Assembly (NCBI RefSeq): GCF_048593235.1
Contig: NC_133621.1
Span: 108,739,148-108,803,147, forward strand
Reading direction: 5' to 3'
Source: Sminthopsis crassicaudata
Lineage: Eukaryota
Length of the DNA stretch: 64,000 bases
The translations under genes were made by a program, and so were the position numbers. Positions 1 through 12,370 of this stretch are shown here, piece after piece. Under the pieces are notes generated by a model. That model ran no database searches and had not been told where the DNA came from. It saw nothing but the letters and a program-made list of their open reading frames with translations. Every line of letters starts with the position of its first letter. Within the stretch, counting starts at the first letter, position 1.

Positions 1-175
1 ACACTCAGTTCCCACAGTACTCTCTCTAGGTGCAGATGGCTCTTTCCATCAAAAATCATTGGAACTGGACTGAATCACTTTGCTGTTGAAAAGAGCCACA
101 TCCATCACAGTTGATCATCATTTAATCTTGCTGTTCCTGTGTACAATGTTCTCCTGGTTCTGCTCATTTAATAGC
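1..175 (-). mobile_element. L1 LINE 3' region fragment, truncated by the window edge
   Basis: Marsupial L1 3' motifs in antisense (gttgaaaagagccacatccatc...ttgatcatc...acaatgttctcctggttctgctca). Confidence 0.7.
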
Positions 176-240
176 ATCAATTCAACTTTTATATAGAGCT
201 TTGTGTATTATCTCATTTGCAAAAAAATAAACAAGTTTCA

Positions 241-410
241 AGACAGCTAGTTGGTGCAGTAGATAGAGTAGTGGGACCAAGTTCAAACCTAACTTCAGAC
301 ATTTCCTAACTGTGCTGGGCAAGGCACTTAGTTTGTCTCAGTTTCCTCATTGTCAAATAAGCTGGAGAAGGAAATGGCAAACCATTCCAATATCTTTGCT
401 AAGAAAAACA
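241..410 (+). mobile_element. MAR1-type CORE SINE
   Basis: tRNA-like head, CORE gtctcagtttcctcat, RTE-derived tail gctggagaaggaaatggcaaaccattccaatatctttgc. Confidence 0.7.
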
Positions 411-411
411 A

Positions 412-1495
412 AGAGTTTCTGGGGTACCACTGCACACTCTCAGATTGGCTAAGATGACAAGAAAAGATATTGATGAGTGTCTTAGGGGATATGGGAAAAC
501 TGGAACACGTGCCATTGTGAACTGATCTAAATATTCTGGAGAGCAAGTTGGAACTATGCTCAAAAAGTTGTCAAACTGCATACCCTTTGATCCAGCAGTG
601 CTACTACTGGGCTTATATCCCAAAGAAATACTAAAGAAGGGAAAGGGACCTGTATGTGCCAAAATGTTTGTGGCAACTCTATTCATAGTGGCTAGAAACT
701 GGAAAATGAATGGATGTCCATCAATTGGAGATTGGTTGGGTAAATTATGGTATATGAATGTTATGGAATATTATTAGGTTTTTTTCTCCCGCTGAGGCAG
801 TTAGGGTTAAGTGACTTGCCCAAGGTCACACAGCCAGGAAGTGTTAAGTGTCTGAGACCTAAGTGTCTGAGACCAGATTTGAACTCAGTTCCAACTGACT
901 TCAGGGCCAGTGCTCTATCCACTGTGCCACCTAGCTGCACCCAGAACATTATTGTTCTATTAAAAATGGCCAGCAGGATGATTTCATAGAGGCCTGAAGA
1001 GACTTTCATGAACTGATGCTGAATGAAATGAGCAGGACCAGGAGATCATTATACACAATGACAACAAGATTATACCAGGATCAATTCTGATGGACTCGGT
1101 TCTCTTCAACAATGAGATGATTGAGGCCAGTTCCAATGATCTTGTGATGGAGAGAGCCATCTACATCCAGAGAGAGACCACTAAGTGTGGTTCACAACAT
1201 AGTATTTTCACTCTTTTTGTTGTTGTTTGCTTACATTTTATTTTCTTTCTCATTTTTTTCCTGTTTGATTTGATTTTTCTTGTGCAGTAAAATAATTGTA
1301 TAAATATGTATACATATATTGAATTTAACATATATTTCTACCATGTTTAACATATATTAGACTACTTGCCATTTAGGGTTTGGAATAGGGGAAGAGGAGG
1401 AATTGGGAAAAAAGGTTTTGCAAGAGTTAATGTTGAAAAATTATCCACGAATATGTTTTGAAAATAAAAAGCTTTAATAATAATAAAAAAGAAAA
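412..1495 (+). mobile_element. 5'-truncated L1 (ORF2 C-terminus plus 3'UTR), interrupted by a SINE
   Basis: ORF 556-777 gives CIPFDPAVLLLGLYPKEI...WKMNGCPSIGDWLGKLWYMNVMEYY, typical of the L1 ORF2 end. A-rich tail near 1460-1495. Confidence 0.9.
776..943 (-). mobile_element. WSINE1-type SINE inserted in L1 ORF2
   Basis: T-tail then gttaagtgacttgcccaaggtcacacag...gtgccacctagctgc. Flanked by gaatattatt (766-775) and gaacattatt (944-953), a TSD with one mismatch. Confidence 0.85.
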
Positions 1496-2224
1496 ACAAA
1501 GAATTTGGCACAATTAAACCAGAACAACAAATGAGTTACAATTTATAAAAATACAAATTAATTTATCTGAAAAAAATCAAATATATAAACATTAAGAAGC
1601 AGGGGAAAAAAATCAACAACTTTCAGACCTGGTAGAGAGAAGACCTGGTGGCAACAAATTAGGTCAGAATCTGCAATGTGAAGTGGAAGCAAAAGAAGGT
1701 AAAGCTCTTCTGACCAACATATTTAAAAGCAAGGAGGAGATAATCCCTTTCTTTGTTATACTTTGTGTCCTAGTACCATCCCATCCTAGAAAGCTATGAG
1801 CCAATTGGAAGCAAACAGCATCAAATGGTATTATGTGGATGGAGAGATTGTCAGAAGGTGGAAGATTAAAGATGTTAACTCTGTGTTTTATTTAAGTGAT
1901 AGCTAAAGAGCAATATAACAGCAGTATAGGATTCTTTGCTACTACAAGAGAATTCAGCATTGCATCAGGAAGAAATGAAAAGGTGAGGGGGTAGCAGTGA
2001 AATAGCTGGGTTCTAAAGACAGGAGATTTTTGAATGTCTGCTTTGTTTTGAAAGCTCTGAAAATAAAAACCAGGATTCTAATATAAATCCAAAAAGAAGG
2101 TTCTCTGCTTGGGTTTTTTGCATAGAGAGGAGTGGTGTCAGATGCCCAAAGAAATGGGGGACTACTAAACCAAATGTGAGGATCCCTAGCGAGTGAGCAA
2201 TATATTAACATTATCAATATTTCA

Positions 2225-2340
2225 TTGAATTTTTATTTATATTGTTAAATATTTCCCAATTATGTTTTAATCTGGTTCAGGCTGTACTAATGAATGTTGT
2301 GGGCCATTTGTAGCCCATGGCCACATGTTTGACACCTCTG
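2225..2340. mobile_element. Old hAT-Charlie-like DNA transposon end fragment
   Basis: gggcc...gcccatggccacatgtttgacacctctg resembles a hAT terminus. Confidence 0.4.
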
Positions 2341-2344
2341 GCTA

Positions 2345-2910
2345 AGTGGAACAATTACTTGGCTTGGAATCAGATCTAGATTTGAATTACAGCCTCAGTT
2401 CCTCATCTATAAAATGGGAATAATAATAATATATTACTTATTCCCCAGGATTACTGTTGGGAAAATACTATGCAAATCTTAAATAGCTAAGAAAAAATAA
2501 GAATATTATTATTGATGCCAATTGTTTTGGAGAACTTTATATGCCACCATCACATAAGGTTAAAGGGAAAATTTTCTCTTGTGAGAAATGTGTCATGGCA
2601 TTACAGACCTTTCTTTCCTGCTCTTCTCAAATATGTCTACTGAAAGGGGGAAGGAGGAAAATAATGACCATTTATATAAAGTCTGGTATGTGTCAGGCAC
2701 TGTGCCAAGTGCCTATTTAAAAACAAAATTATCTTATTTGATCCTCAAACAACCCTATGAGATACCTCCTGTTACCCTCATTTTACACATGAGGAAACTG
2801 AGGCAAACAGGGTTAACTGACTTGCCCAGGTTCACACAACTAGAAAATGTCTGAGGCTGGATTTGAACCCAGGTGCTCCTGATTTCAGGTGAACCACTAG
2901 TTATTATACT
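2345..2910. mobile_element. Cluster of MIR-family SINE fragments (2345-2520 plus; 2660-2910 minus)
   Basis: CORE motifs gcctcagtttcctcatctataaaatggg and catttta...gaggaaactgaggc...gacttgcccaggg. Confidence 0.65.
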
Positions 2911-5574
2911 ACTAGCTACTTCTGAAGGATGTCACAAATACAATTCTATTCAAATGCTAAGTGATTTCTCTGGTAACTATACAGGAATTATGAAAATCAA
3001 GATATGTGGAGATGAATTAACTTAGGGGTCCACAGTCTTTTATTACTTAATTAGTTTGGCATAGTTTGATAATGCTATTTCACAATCCTCAAAGTTATTC
3101 CAGCTGCTCCTTACTTTCAAGTCAAGATCCCAAGGAGAATCTCAAATCTCTATTACTCATTCCTTGACTTCTCCCATTTCTCTCCCTCTTCTTTCATAAT
3201 AAATAATAATAGTGATATCTAGCATGTATAGGGTACTTCGTGTATTTATGTATCTCATTTGATCCTTACAACAATCCTGTGAGATAGGTGCAGATGAGGG
3301 AACTTAGAGAGATCAAGAGCCTTGCTGAAGATCACACGGATCTCTTAAGTATCTTAGACAGGCTTTGAATCCATGTCTTACAGACTGGACTTGGAAGTCC
3401 AAGATTCTGTCCACTTTGTGGAAAAACTCCCTAATATTGTTGTCAAATAAATCAGCAACTAAAGGAGAGGCTAAAGACAATTAAAGATGGCCCTAGCATG
3501 TCCATTCTCTCTGGGTCATTAAGAACTCCCAAATCTCAGCTCAAGGTCATTGTTACTTCTTGGTCAAAAATAAGATATCATAAACACATGTACAATTCTA
3601 TACTTCATTTCCTCTGTCTCCAGTCATACTGCTCCCAAATCCACAATGTCTATGTGGCTAACAGGGTTGGAAACAGAAGAATTAAAATCAAAGGTTCAGA
3701 GAATCATTGGATTGAAGCTGAAAGGGATGTAGAAATTATTTAATCTGACTCCTTTTTCTAGATGAAGTAACTGGGACCCTGGGAGGTTAAGGGAGTATCT
3801 TTAAATATATTAGAAATCCCACAAACTAATCATTAAGAATGGAAGAAAGGAATTCTCTTTCAGAACACTATGACTGACAGATTAATATGACAAAGTAATA
3901 TGTAAAAGTACAGAGGATATAGTTTTTATATTTTAAGGATATGCTTTGGGAAATAGGGAGTAGGAAAAATGTGATGTGATGGGAAGAAAACCAAAGGAAA
4001 ATTCTGCTAGCACATCAGCTACCTCAGGATAAAGGCAAGGGCTACATTTTCATCCTAAGTAATCCTCTTTGGCAATTTTCTATTGATGGAGCCTGGGCTG
4101 TGACTTTGGGCTAGAGATTCAGATGATGATAGCAGAATAAATCAACTATTACAAGGGTGGCTGTGAAAAATGTTTAAATGGTCCTTTCCAAATAAGAAGA
4201 GGGGGGAAAAAAGCCTGATGTTGAAACTGCTCAGCAATACTGCTCTCCTAAGCATGCATTTTAAGAAAAGAGACTTTAGGGAAAAGAATTATCTCTCTTG
4301 AATTCTTTTTGAGGAGGGAAAAAGGGTGTCTAGTTCAAAAAAAAAAATTCCCTGAAAGGGCAATGCTAAAAGAAGGAGGCCTCAGAGTGCTCTTAATGCC
4401 TCTATTTAAATGCTAATACCAGGCTAAAGTCTGGGACCACACAAAAATTAAAGGTTTCCAAAGGCAGTAAAGTGAATTCAAAATTAAACCCTAATTTCTT
4501 TAAGAAAAAAAGATTTTTATCTTTGAAGGGAAAGACTGTAGTTTGCTGCACTGCATTTCCTAAGTAGACTATCATTCTGATTAGAGGGGAACCATCACAC
4601 TGAGCTGGTGACAATACAGGCCAGTTAATTATACAGGCTCACTGGTAGAGTTAGCTCTGGATGCCCTCTCAGTCACAAATGTGAATTTTCTTTCAATATC
4701 ACTTCTCTTCGGAAAGCAACATTTACTACAAATTGTACTTGATTAAGTGTTGTCCTCTCCACAGCTCCCACCTCTTGTCCCCACTGAATTGGCTTTTATA
4801 ATAATCTGAATAAAGACTGGGACTCAGGAGGTACAAAGTGGCAGTGCCATTCTTGCTGCCAGTCAGAGCTTAAGGCAACAGGAGGGAGAGCACATAGAGA
4901 GAGACCTTGTAGGCCCTTTTGTCCATCCCTTGTCATGCAGCAAGAACAGAGTTTGTATCCGGAGCAGATTGGTGAGTGTTTCTTCTCTACCTTCTTGGAA
5001 AAAATAAGCAAGTAGCAATTCTTAATTTTTGTGCCTGACCTTCAGAGTATAATATTAAGATTAACCAGAATTAGCTAGGAAAATGATTAAAACTTCAAAT
5101 GATTATTTGCCATCAGGGTACCTATGCATAAATGCCAATTATGTCACTAGATGTCTGACTCTGAACTTTAAGCTTCTATGGGCCTCAGTTTCCTCATCTG
5201 TTAATTAAAGAGGTTGGCCAAAATATCATGTAAGGCCCTTTGAATTATAAAACTGTTATCCTATAATCTCCCCTTAAACATAATCACAGATCATTAGAGT
5301 TTAAAGGGAGCTTAGTAGCATAATGGAAAGAACCATAGAATAGGGGAAGAAAGGTAATGGGATTGAAGGATTTAGGCCTTATGGTCCCATTGGGAAGTAG
5401 CTGAGTCATGGTTTGACCCAAAATTTCCTAATTCAAAATCCAGTCTTCTTTCTATGTCATTGAATGATCTGTGCTTTCGTGCTGGCTTTATCATTATCCA
5501 TTATAAAGCTTTAACTTCCTCATTTGTAAAATAGGAATAATAACATTAATATCACTTATCACCTAAGTGTGTAC

Positions 5575-5940
5575 CAAGTTGCCTAAGCTTGCTGTTTCTA
5601 CCCTCACAGTGTTTCTCACATCTGATTTTTTTTTTTTCTCTATTTCACTATCACCTTAGGTTCAGGCTCTCATCATTTCTTACTTAGGTTACAGCAACAG
5701 CCTCAAGTCTCTCTCATCACCCCAGTCCATCCTTCATGCTGCTACCAAAGTCCTCTTACTTAACTCTAGGACTGACCAGATCACTTCTCTACTTGATAAA
5801 CTCCAATGACTTCCTATTACCTTTAGAATCAAATCTAAATTCTTCTGTTTAGCCCTATGCAGTCAGACTCCGACTTATGTTTCCATTTCCAGCCTCACTG
5901 GACATTACTTCCCCTCCTACACTCTGAGATCCTGCCACAT
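5575..5940 (+). mobile_element. L2 LINE 3' fragment
   Basis: ggttcaggctctcatc...tccagtccatccttcatgctgct...aaactccaatgacttcctattacctttagaatcaaat matches the L2 3' region. Confidence 0.6.
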
Positions 5941-5943
5941 AGG

Positions 5944-6300
5944 CCATGGAAGGCTAATTTTATTTGCCATATAATCTGCCATAGTAGTTTGATGATATTC
6001 TCTATACCCATGTAGATTGTATACTTTCCATATTTTAATCCTACGTTATTCTTGCTTAGCACAGTGATTGATTAATGCATAATAGGTGTTTTAAAAATAG
6101 CAGTGAATGCCTGGGAAAGCAGTGAAATTGGGGGTGGAGTAAAAATACAATCTCATCTAAACTCTTATCTTAATCCCATGGAAAGGCTAATTTTATTTGC
6201 CACATCATCCAAAATAGAAGATTGATGGTATTCACTCTACCTATGTGGACTACACACCTTCCATATTTTTATCCTGTGTTATCCTTGCTTAGCACAGTGA
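5944..6300. repeat. Diverged local duplication, two copies of about 125 bp (5944-6067 and 6176-6300)
   Basis: Both copies start ccatgga(a)aggctaattttatttgcca and end ttccatatttt...cttgcttagcacagtga. Offset 232 bp. Confidence 0.85.
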
Positions 6301-9300
6301 CTGGCATACACCAGGTGCTTTACGGTCTCCTTGACTAGTTGCAGTTGTGGAAGAGCTGTTGAAATAGTTGTATCGTTGAACTGGAAGCAGATGTTAGAAC
6401 TAGAGAAGAGGTTAAAGATTTGATTTGTATGTTAGTATATTAGAAGCCAAAGTGAGAAATGAGGATAACTGTCATTATTCTAAATGACTGATGGTGTGTT
6501 TTACTCAATTCTAATAACTATCTGATCTTTTATAAAGTTTTATGGTCATAAAGCATATTCACATGGCTGTGAAGTATACATACTCATGTAACTGATAAGG
6601 TCCCAGTCCTTAGAGAATGCATAATGTTCCCTACCTGGTTATCATCTGTGTGGAAACTTGGAGAACCTACTTCTAGATATGAAAAGGAGAGGGATCCTGT
6701 CCCCAGTTTAGAACATACCAAGGTTTCCCGTCAGCTTGTTGTGCAGTAACAACAGCTTTTTCATTGGTTTCGGAACCTTGAGTATGGAAACAAGACGTTC
6801 CATCAGTTCTTCTTGGGAATCTTCAAAGTGAGGAGGATTTCTGGGTGCCACCAGAGGGACCTACCCTATGTCTGCATGTTTGTGAACATGGAGCACTTCT
6901 TTCTTTTTTCTTTTTATTCTTTCCTGATCCCTGGTGAATGGCAGTGCCCAGCTGAACAACAAGACTGGAAGAGTATCCATGTCATCTGAGGTCTCACAGA
7001 CACTGGGAGTCCCCAAGATGGGGAGCAGCAGTTGCTGAGCCCACCAAGGAATCAGCATCACCCCAAGGTGTGGCTCTGCCTGAGCCAGTCAACTAGTGAA
7101 GGAAGCTGATGCTCAGAGGGTGGCGCAAGGGAGCAGCTCGTTCATCAGAAATGGCACATGGAGAAGTGGACTTATTGGGGAGTTTTTGAAGGTAGAAAAG
7201 GCTCCCCATGCTCAAGAAGTACCTCCCCAGGTAAGAATGGGGGACAGTTTAGAACCCACCACTTTAAGTCTAAGCTGATTTTCTTCAGGACAGAGTGTGC
7301 CTTCTAATTTGGGCTGAGTGGGTGATGTGATAGTTCTATCCCTGTTCTATTTTATTAATACATATCTTTTTGTAAAAGCTAAATGATATCAACTGCTTAA
7401 CTGATATTGGGTGCATACCAGATGGGTATCAGGTCACTATCCCAACCCCTGAGGGTTGTCCCTAGAATCTTGAGAAGCAGTGGATCTCTGGGGACTCAAT
7501 CGGCCTGGGGGAGTAGGAGGTTAACAGTGATTCCAGAGAGGTACTATACTCATATGCCCTTTTATCTGATCCATCCCCAGAAGAAGACTATATAATAAGT
7601 AGTATGATTTTTATGTGCATTTTACAGAAGAGGAAGTTGAGCCTCAGTAAGGTTAAATAGTTTGTTAAAGGTCACATAGGTAATAAGTAGAGAAGCTGAA
7701 AGTGGAATCCCAAACTTCTAATATTATGGCTGTGTTTTTTTTCCCTCCCATTGAGCTGCCATGAGATCACAACTGCCAGTGGGGTCAAAGAAAAAGATGA
7801 TTAGTGATCCAATAGAATCTGGCTAGAGTATTATGTAATTCTGAGTCTTTGAATATTTATGAAAATTTTCCTGACATAATAAGGAAACTGTAACCATGAA
7901 GATAAAAGAAAGGATGGTACAAAAGTTTACACAGGGAGATATGAGTTCAGAGTTATTGGACTAGGTTCTGATTCACAAGTGGTTCCTTTAATGTTAGCTC
8001 ATCCTGGGTAATAATTTCGGACCAGTCTCAGTGTTACCACAAGACTTATACAAAATTGCCTTAAAATATAAGAATAAATATATTGGAGCATTAAGTGAAA
8101 GTCATTGAATGTGGCAAGTCCTTTGGTCTCAGCACCTTAAACTTATCCATTTATTTTGAGATGGTTTGTGACCTGCATTGGTGGAGGGAATTCTCACTCT
8201 GACAAATTAGAATTCTTGCCATATTGCATTGATGTGAGTTCATATATTACACAAATGTTGTATGAAGTATCTATTTGGAAATTCCAAGTAGACATTCTGG
8301 ATGTCTCCTTTGGCCCAGGATTTATCTTTATTGAGAATGTGTTTAATGTAAAATATCTCTAATATTTTCAAGTTGAAAATACTAGTTTGAGCATGTTGGT
8401 TAAACAAATATTGGTTTGCGGTCCAAAGTTTTAGTAACTCAGGCTGGGTGAATCCAATTGGTGCAGATATTTACAAAATTACTCGGGCAGTATGAACTGG
8501 AAATATATGTCAGAAATAGTTATGTGGAATGAATACTATCACATACTGCTTGAGTGCACTTGTATAGACATGATGGATATAATATTCCATATATGATGCC
8601 ACGATTTTCCCACTTACACTAGCCCATAAGATTCACTCTGTATAGAGATTATTTCTTATCTGTGTCTATATTAAAATGGTTTTTTCCCCCTCCACTATGC
8701 ACAGCCATTGAGTTTATACTTTTAAAAATGTGCTTTTGGGAAGGGAATGAGCACACACCTGGTAAAGTAGAACTGTAACCTTATTTTAATGCACATTCAA
8801 TTGAAAATAATAGCAACCCATTGAGATAAAGAGCATATTGTGCTTTGTAATGAAGATACAAAGCACTTATAGAAATCACATTCTTTTAAACTAATCTTCT
8901 TTGTATCCTGTAGTGGAAATGCCGACATAGGAGAATTTAAAAGGGCTCTCTACAAATCAATTTACTTAAGCTACAAAAGCTTGAGTATAAGAAACACCAC
9001 ACCAGTTGCTCAGGTACTACCAATGAGTTCAGCTCCTCCCTCTCTCTTTTCCTTATCTTTTTGAAGATACTAAGTGTTTTCTAGTTTTCAATGCCTTCCT
9101 CTCCCAGAGGTACTAAGGAATTACCTTCCTGTCCATCTTTAACCACAAATCACAAGACCCCAGCTAGGCATGTGCACATATATGCGAGTCCTAGAAGCAG
9201 AAGGCAGAAGGCTCAGCGGGGAAAGAAGAAAATGAGCATTTAAAACCCTTTAAATAAAGATCATAGCTGTTCTTGGACCACACAAAGATCTAGAGTAATT

Positions 9301-9400
9301 AAAAAGCTCTTCAAAGAATAGAATAAGTCCATTAAATCCTGTTAAATAATTTTTAAGAAACACTGTTTGAAACGCTTCTTGCTGTTTCACTCTCTCACAA

Positions 9401-9540
9401 NNNNNNNNNNNNNNNNNNNNNNNNNNNNNNNNNNNNNNNNNNNNNNNNNNNNNNNNNNNNNNNNNNNNNNNNNNNNNNNNNNNNNNNNNNNNNNNNNNNN
9501 NNNNNNNNNNNNNNNNNNNNNNNNNNNNNNNNNNNNNNNN
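9401..9540. other. Assembly gap (140 N)
   Basis: Run of n characters; the true size is unknown. Confidence 1.
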
Positions 9541-9955
9541 GGCGCAATGAAATTCTAGCCAAGTGAGCTGGAAAGCATATATTAAATAGTAAATTTAATG
9601 GTTTCAGCTGATAAGTACAATTTTATATAAAAAAATTAAATTCAATTTACATGTTGTATTCAAATTGATTTTGAGTGTGCAAATGATTGGAAAAATCTTT
9701 TACATATATCAGTAAAACTGCTAATCTGAACTGTTTAAATATCAGTTATTAATGTCCACATTGGCAAATAAGCCACATAGATTTGCATTTTTACTGCATA
9801 TAGTAAAAAAAAAAATTATCTAAACCATATGTCAGTTTTATAAAGAATATTAAGTGATTTTCTTTTGGGTTCATGCATAAATTAGGGAGGAGTAGAAATG
9901 AACATAGGGTCGAAAGAAGAGGGAGTCAGCAATTCAATAGAAAGCAAGGCAAAAA

Positions 9956-9994
<39 letters not shown>

Positions 9995-10664
9995 ACTGAA
10001 GCAGTTCTAGGTACCCTTTGGGAACGGCAATTACCATAGCAAAATTTCCCTTATTTAGAATCAACTGGTATGGAACCATACACAAAAGCCTGATGCCATA
10101 ATCAGAAAGACATGGAAACATTCAAATTTACTGCTACTTAATAGAGAGAGAAATGAATATTACTCTTTATCAGAGGGTAAAGGCATGGCTCAATGAAGGT
10201 TTGACAAGTCAATGTAGGGACAAGTGTGCTAAATATTCACTTGGGATTGGAACTTTAAGATGTAAACATGCTTACAAAATAACATATGCTAAAAGACTGT
10301 TGTACAACACTGTCCATGAGCAAAATGCCTTCTGTGAGTCTTCTAGGCTCAGCTAAAAAGATCAGAATAGATTGTTTTCCTAACATGAGTCAAGAAGCTA
10401 CATGTATCTTTAATTTGAGCTCAGAATCAAATGTATGAGTGTGGATGTTTACTTTAATAATTCAGTGAATATATGACTCTATGATGTGAATACTTTTTCT
10501 ATCAATGCAGATGACACCCAATCCATATCATACTTCCACCAGTATTCACCCAATGGTCTAGGGGCCTTCATTTGGGACTTATATAGGTGAGTAACAGGAT
10601 GCTATCTATACATTACTAAATTTCTAAGTCTACCTCCTTTTCTGATCATATATTTCTTTGATGG

Positions 10665-10808
10665 TATTTTTTTTCACATAATAGTATTTTATTTTTTCCC
10701 ACTTACACGTAAAGATAGTTTTCAACATACACTTTTGTAAGATGTTGAGTTTCAAATTTTTTTTCTTCCTTCCTTTCCTTCTTAAGACAGTAAACAATCT
10801 GATATAGG

Positions 10809-10895
<87 letters not shown>

Positions 10896-11230
10896 AAACA
10901 TTTCCATATTAGTCATGTTATGAAATAAAATTCAAAACAAAAGGGAAAACCACAAGAAAGAAATAAAAAGATGAAAATAATATGCTGTAATCACATTCAA
11001 TCTCTAGAATTCTTTCTCTGAATGAGGAGGCAATTTCCCTCCCAAGTCCATTGGAATTAACTTGGATCACTGTATTACTGGAGAAGAGTCAAGTCTATCA
11101 CAGCTGATCATTGCACAATCTTGCTATTACTGTGTACAACATACTCCTGGTTCTGATCATTTTAGTCAGCATCAGTCCAAGTCTTTCCAGACTTTTCCAA
11201 AATCAGCCTGCTTATTTGATGGTATTTTTA
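10665..11230 (-). mobile_element. Older marsupial L1 3'UTR fragment
   Basis: acatgtaaagatagttttcaacat-like start and ttggatcactgtattactggagaagag...tcacagctgatcatt motifs. Confidence 0.7.
10815..10890. repeat. Compound microsatellite (AC)22(TC)16
   Basis: Read directly from the sequence. Confidence 0.98.
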
Positions 11231-11681
11231 TGCTTACTCCTTGTTTGTAAATTGAAAATAGTAATATGTTGCAGCTTCTTCATTCCTATTACACATTTAT
11301 ACACTGCCTTCAATTTTGGTTCTTTGGAGATGAATCATACAGGATTGTTATCTAAGTGGAATAGTGGATCGAGAGTTGAGTTAAAGTCTACTGACTTTTT
11401 AAACTGAGTTTAAATGCCTCATATGTCCCTAGATTTTCTAGTCCCTAGAAAATCACTTAAAGTTCTTCAGCCTCAGTTTCATCATCTACAAAATGGGGAT
11501 AATAATTGCACCTCATATGATTGTTTTGAGCATCAAATGAAATAAAATAGCTCGTGTTGTGCATACCTTAAAACATTATATAAGTACTAATTATTATTTT
11601 AACAAATACAACAATGGAAGAATATTAAAGATGGAGATTTTCTTTAAGAAGCAGCATGGGATTGAAAAAAATTATTCAATT

Positions 11682-11900
11682 GTGTTGTACTCTTTGGACT
11701 CCATTTGGGGTTTTCTTGGCAAAGATATTACAGTGGTTTGGCCATTTCCTTCTCCAGTTTATTTTACAGATGAAGAAACTGAAGTAACACAGGGTGAAGT
11801 GACTTGCCCAGGATCACACAGCTTGTAATTGTCTTAGGCCACATTTGAACTCAGGAACTTTGGGCTTGGCACTCTATCCACTGTGCAACCCAGCTGCCCT
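11682..11900 (-). mobile_element. MAR1-type SINE
   Basis: ccatttggggttttcttggcaaagat...ccatttccttctccag...gtgacttgcccaggatcacacagc...cccagctgccc. Confidence 0.75.
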
Positions 11901-12069
11901 TTGAAAACTGTATACTTCCTTAAATGCAATGTAAGCTACTTTCTACCACCTATTTAATTTTGGGCTCAGTTAACTATTTATTTGTGGAGTCTGTCTAAGA
12001 TCTAGATATTGATGGATCATTTCAAAGGGTTATCCATCATAGCATGTATAAATAGCCATAGGAAAACAA

Positions 12070-12370
12070 AAAGCTGTTTTAAGTCACTAATAATTAAAAC
12101 AACTCTAAGGAATTATTGCACAATCATCACTTTGGAAAAATTGATAAAAAAGGGGCAAGTGACAAATGCTATGAGAAAACAGGTACTGATGTACAGTTGG
12201 TGGAACTGTGAATTGGTATAGCTCTTCTGGAAAGCAATTTGGAACTATGCCCTGAAAGTTATTAAATTATGAATATCCTGTAATCTAGTGATAGTTTTGC
12301 CAGGTGTGTACTGCAAAGGGATTAAAAAGAGAGAGAGAGAAAGGACCCTTCTATATAAAAATATTTACAA
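12070..12370 (+). mobile_element. Old L1 ORF2 C-terminal fragment
   Basis: ORF 12009-12221 contains KSLII-KTTLR...LMYSWWNCEL, a decayed copy of the L1 ORF2 cysteine-rich region. Confidence 0.75.

Noticed and set aside
6714-6860. Minus-strand open frame with an LRR-like motif (KKLLLLHNKLTG) and a G|GTATGT donor
   Set aside because: The upstream AG lacks a polypyrimidine tract, and a single short motif is compatible with chance.
6848-6860. CTCF-like CCACCAGAGGGAC
   Set aside because: The 3' end departs from the consensus, and one partial match in 64 kb is not significant without ChIP data.
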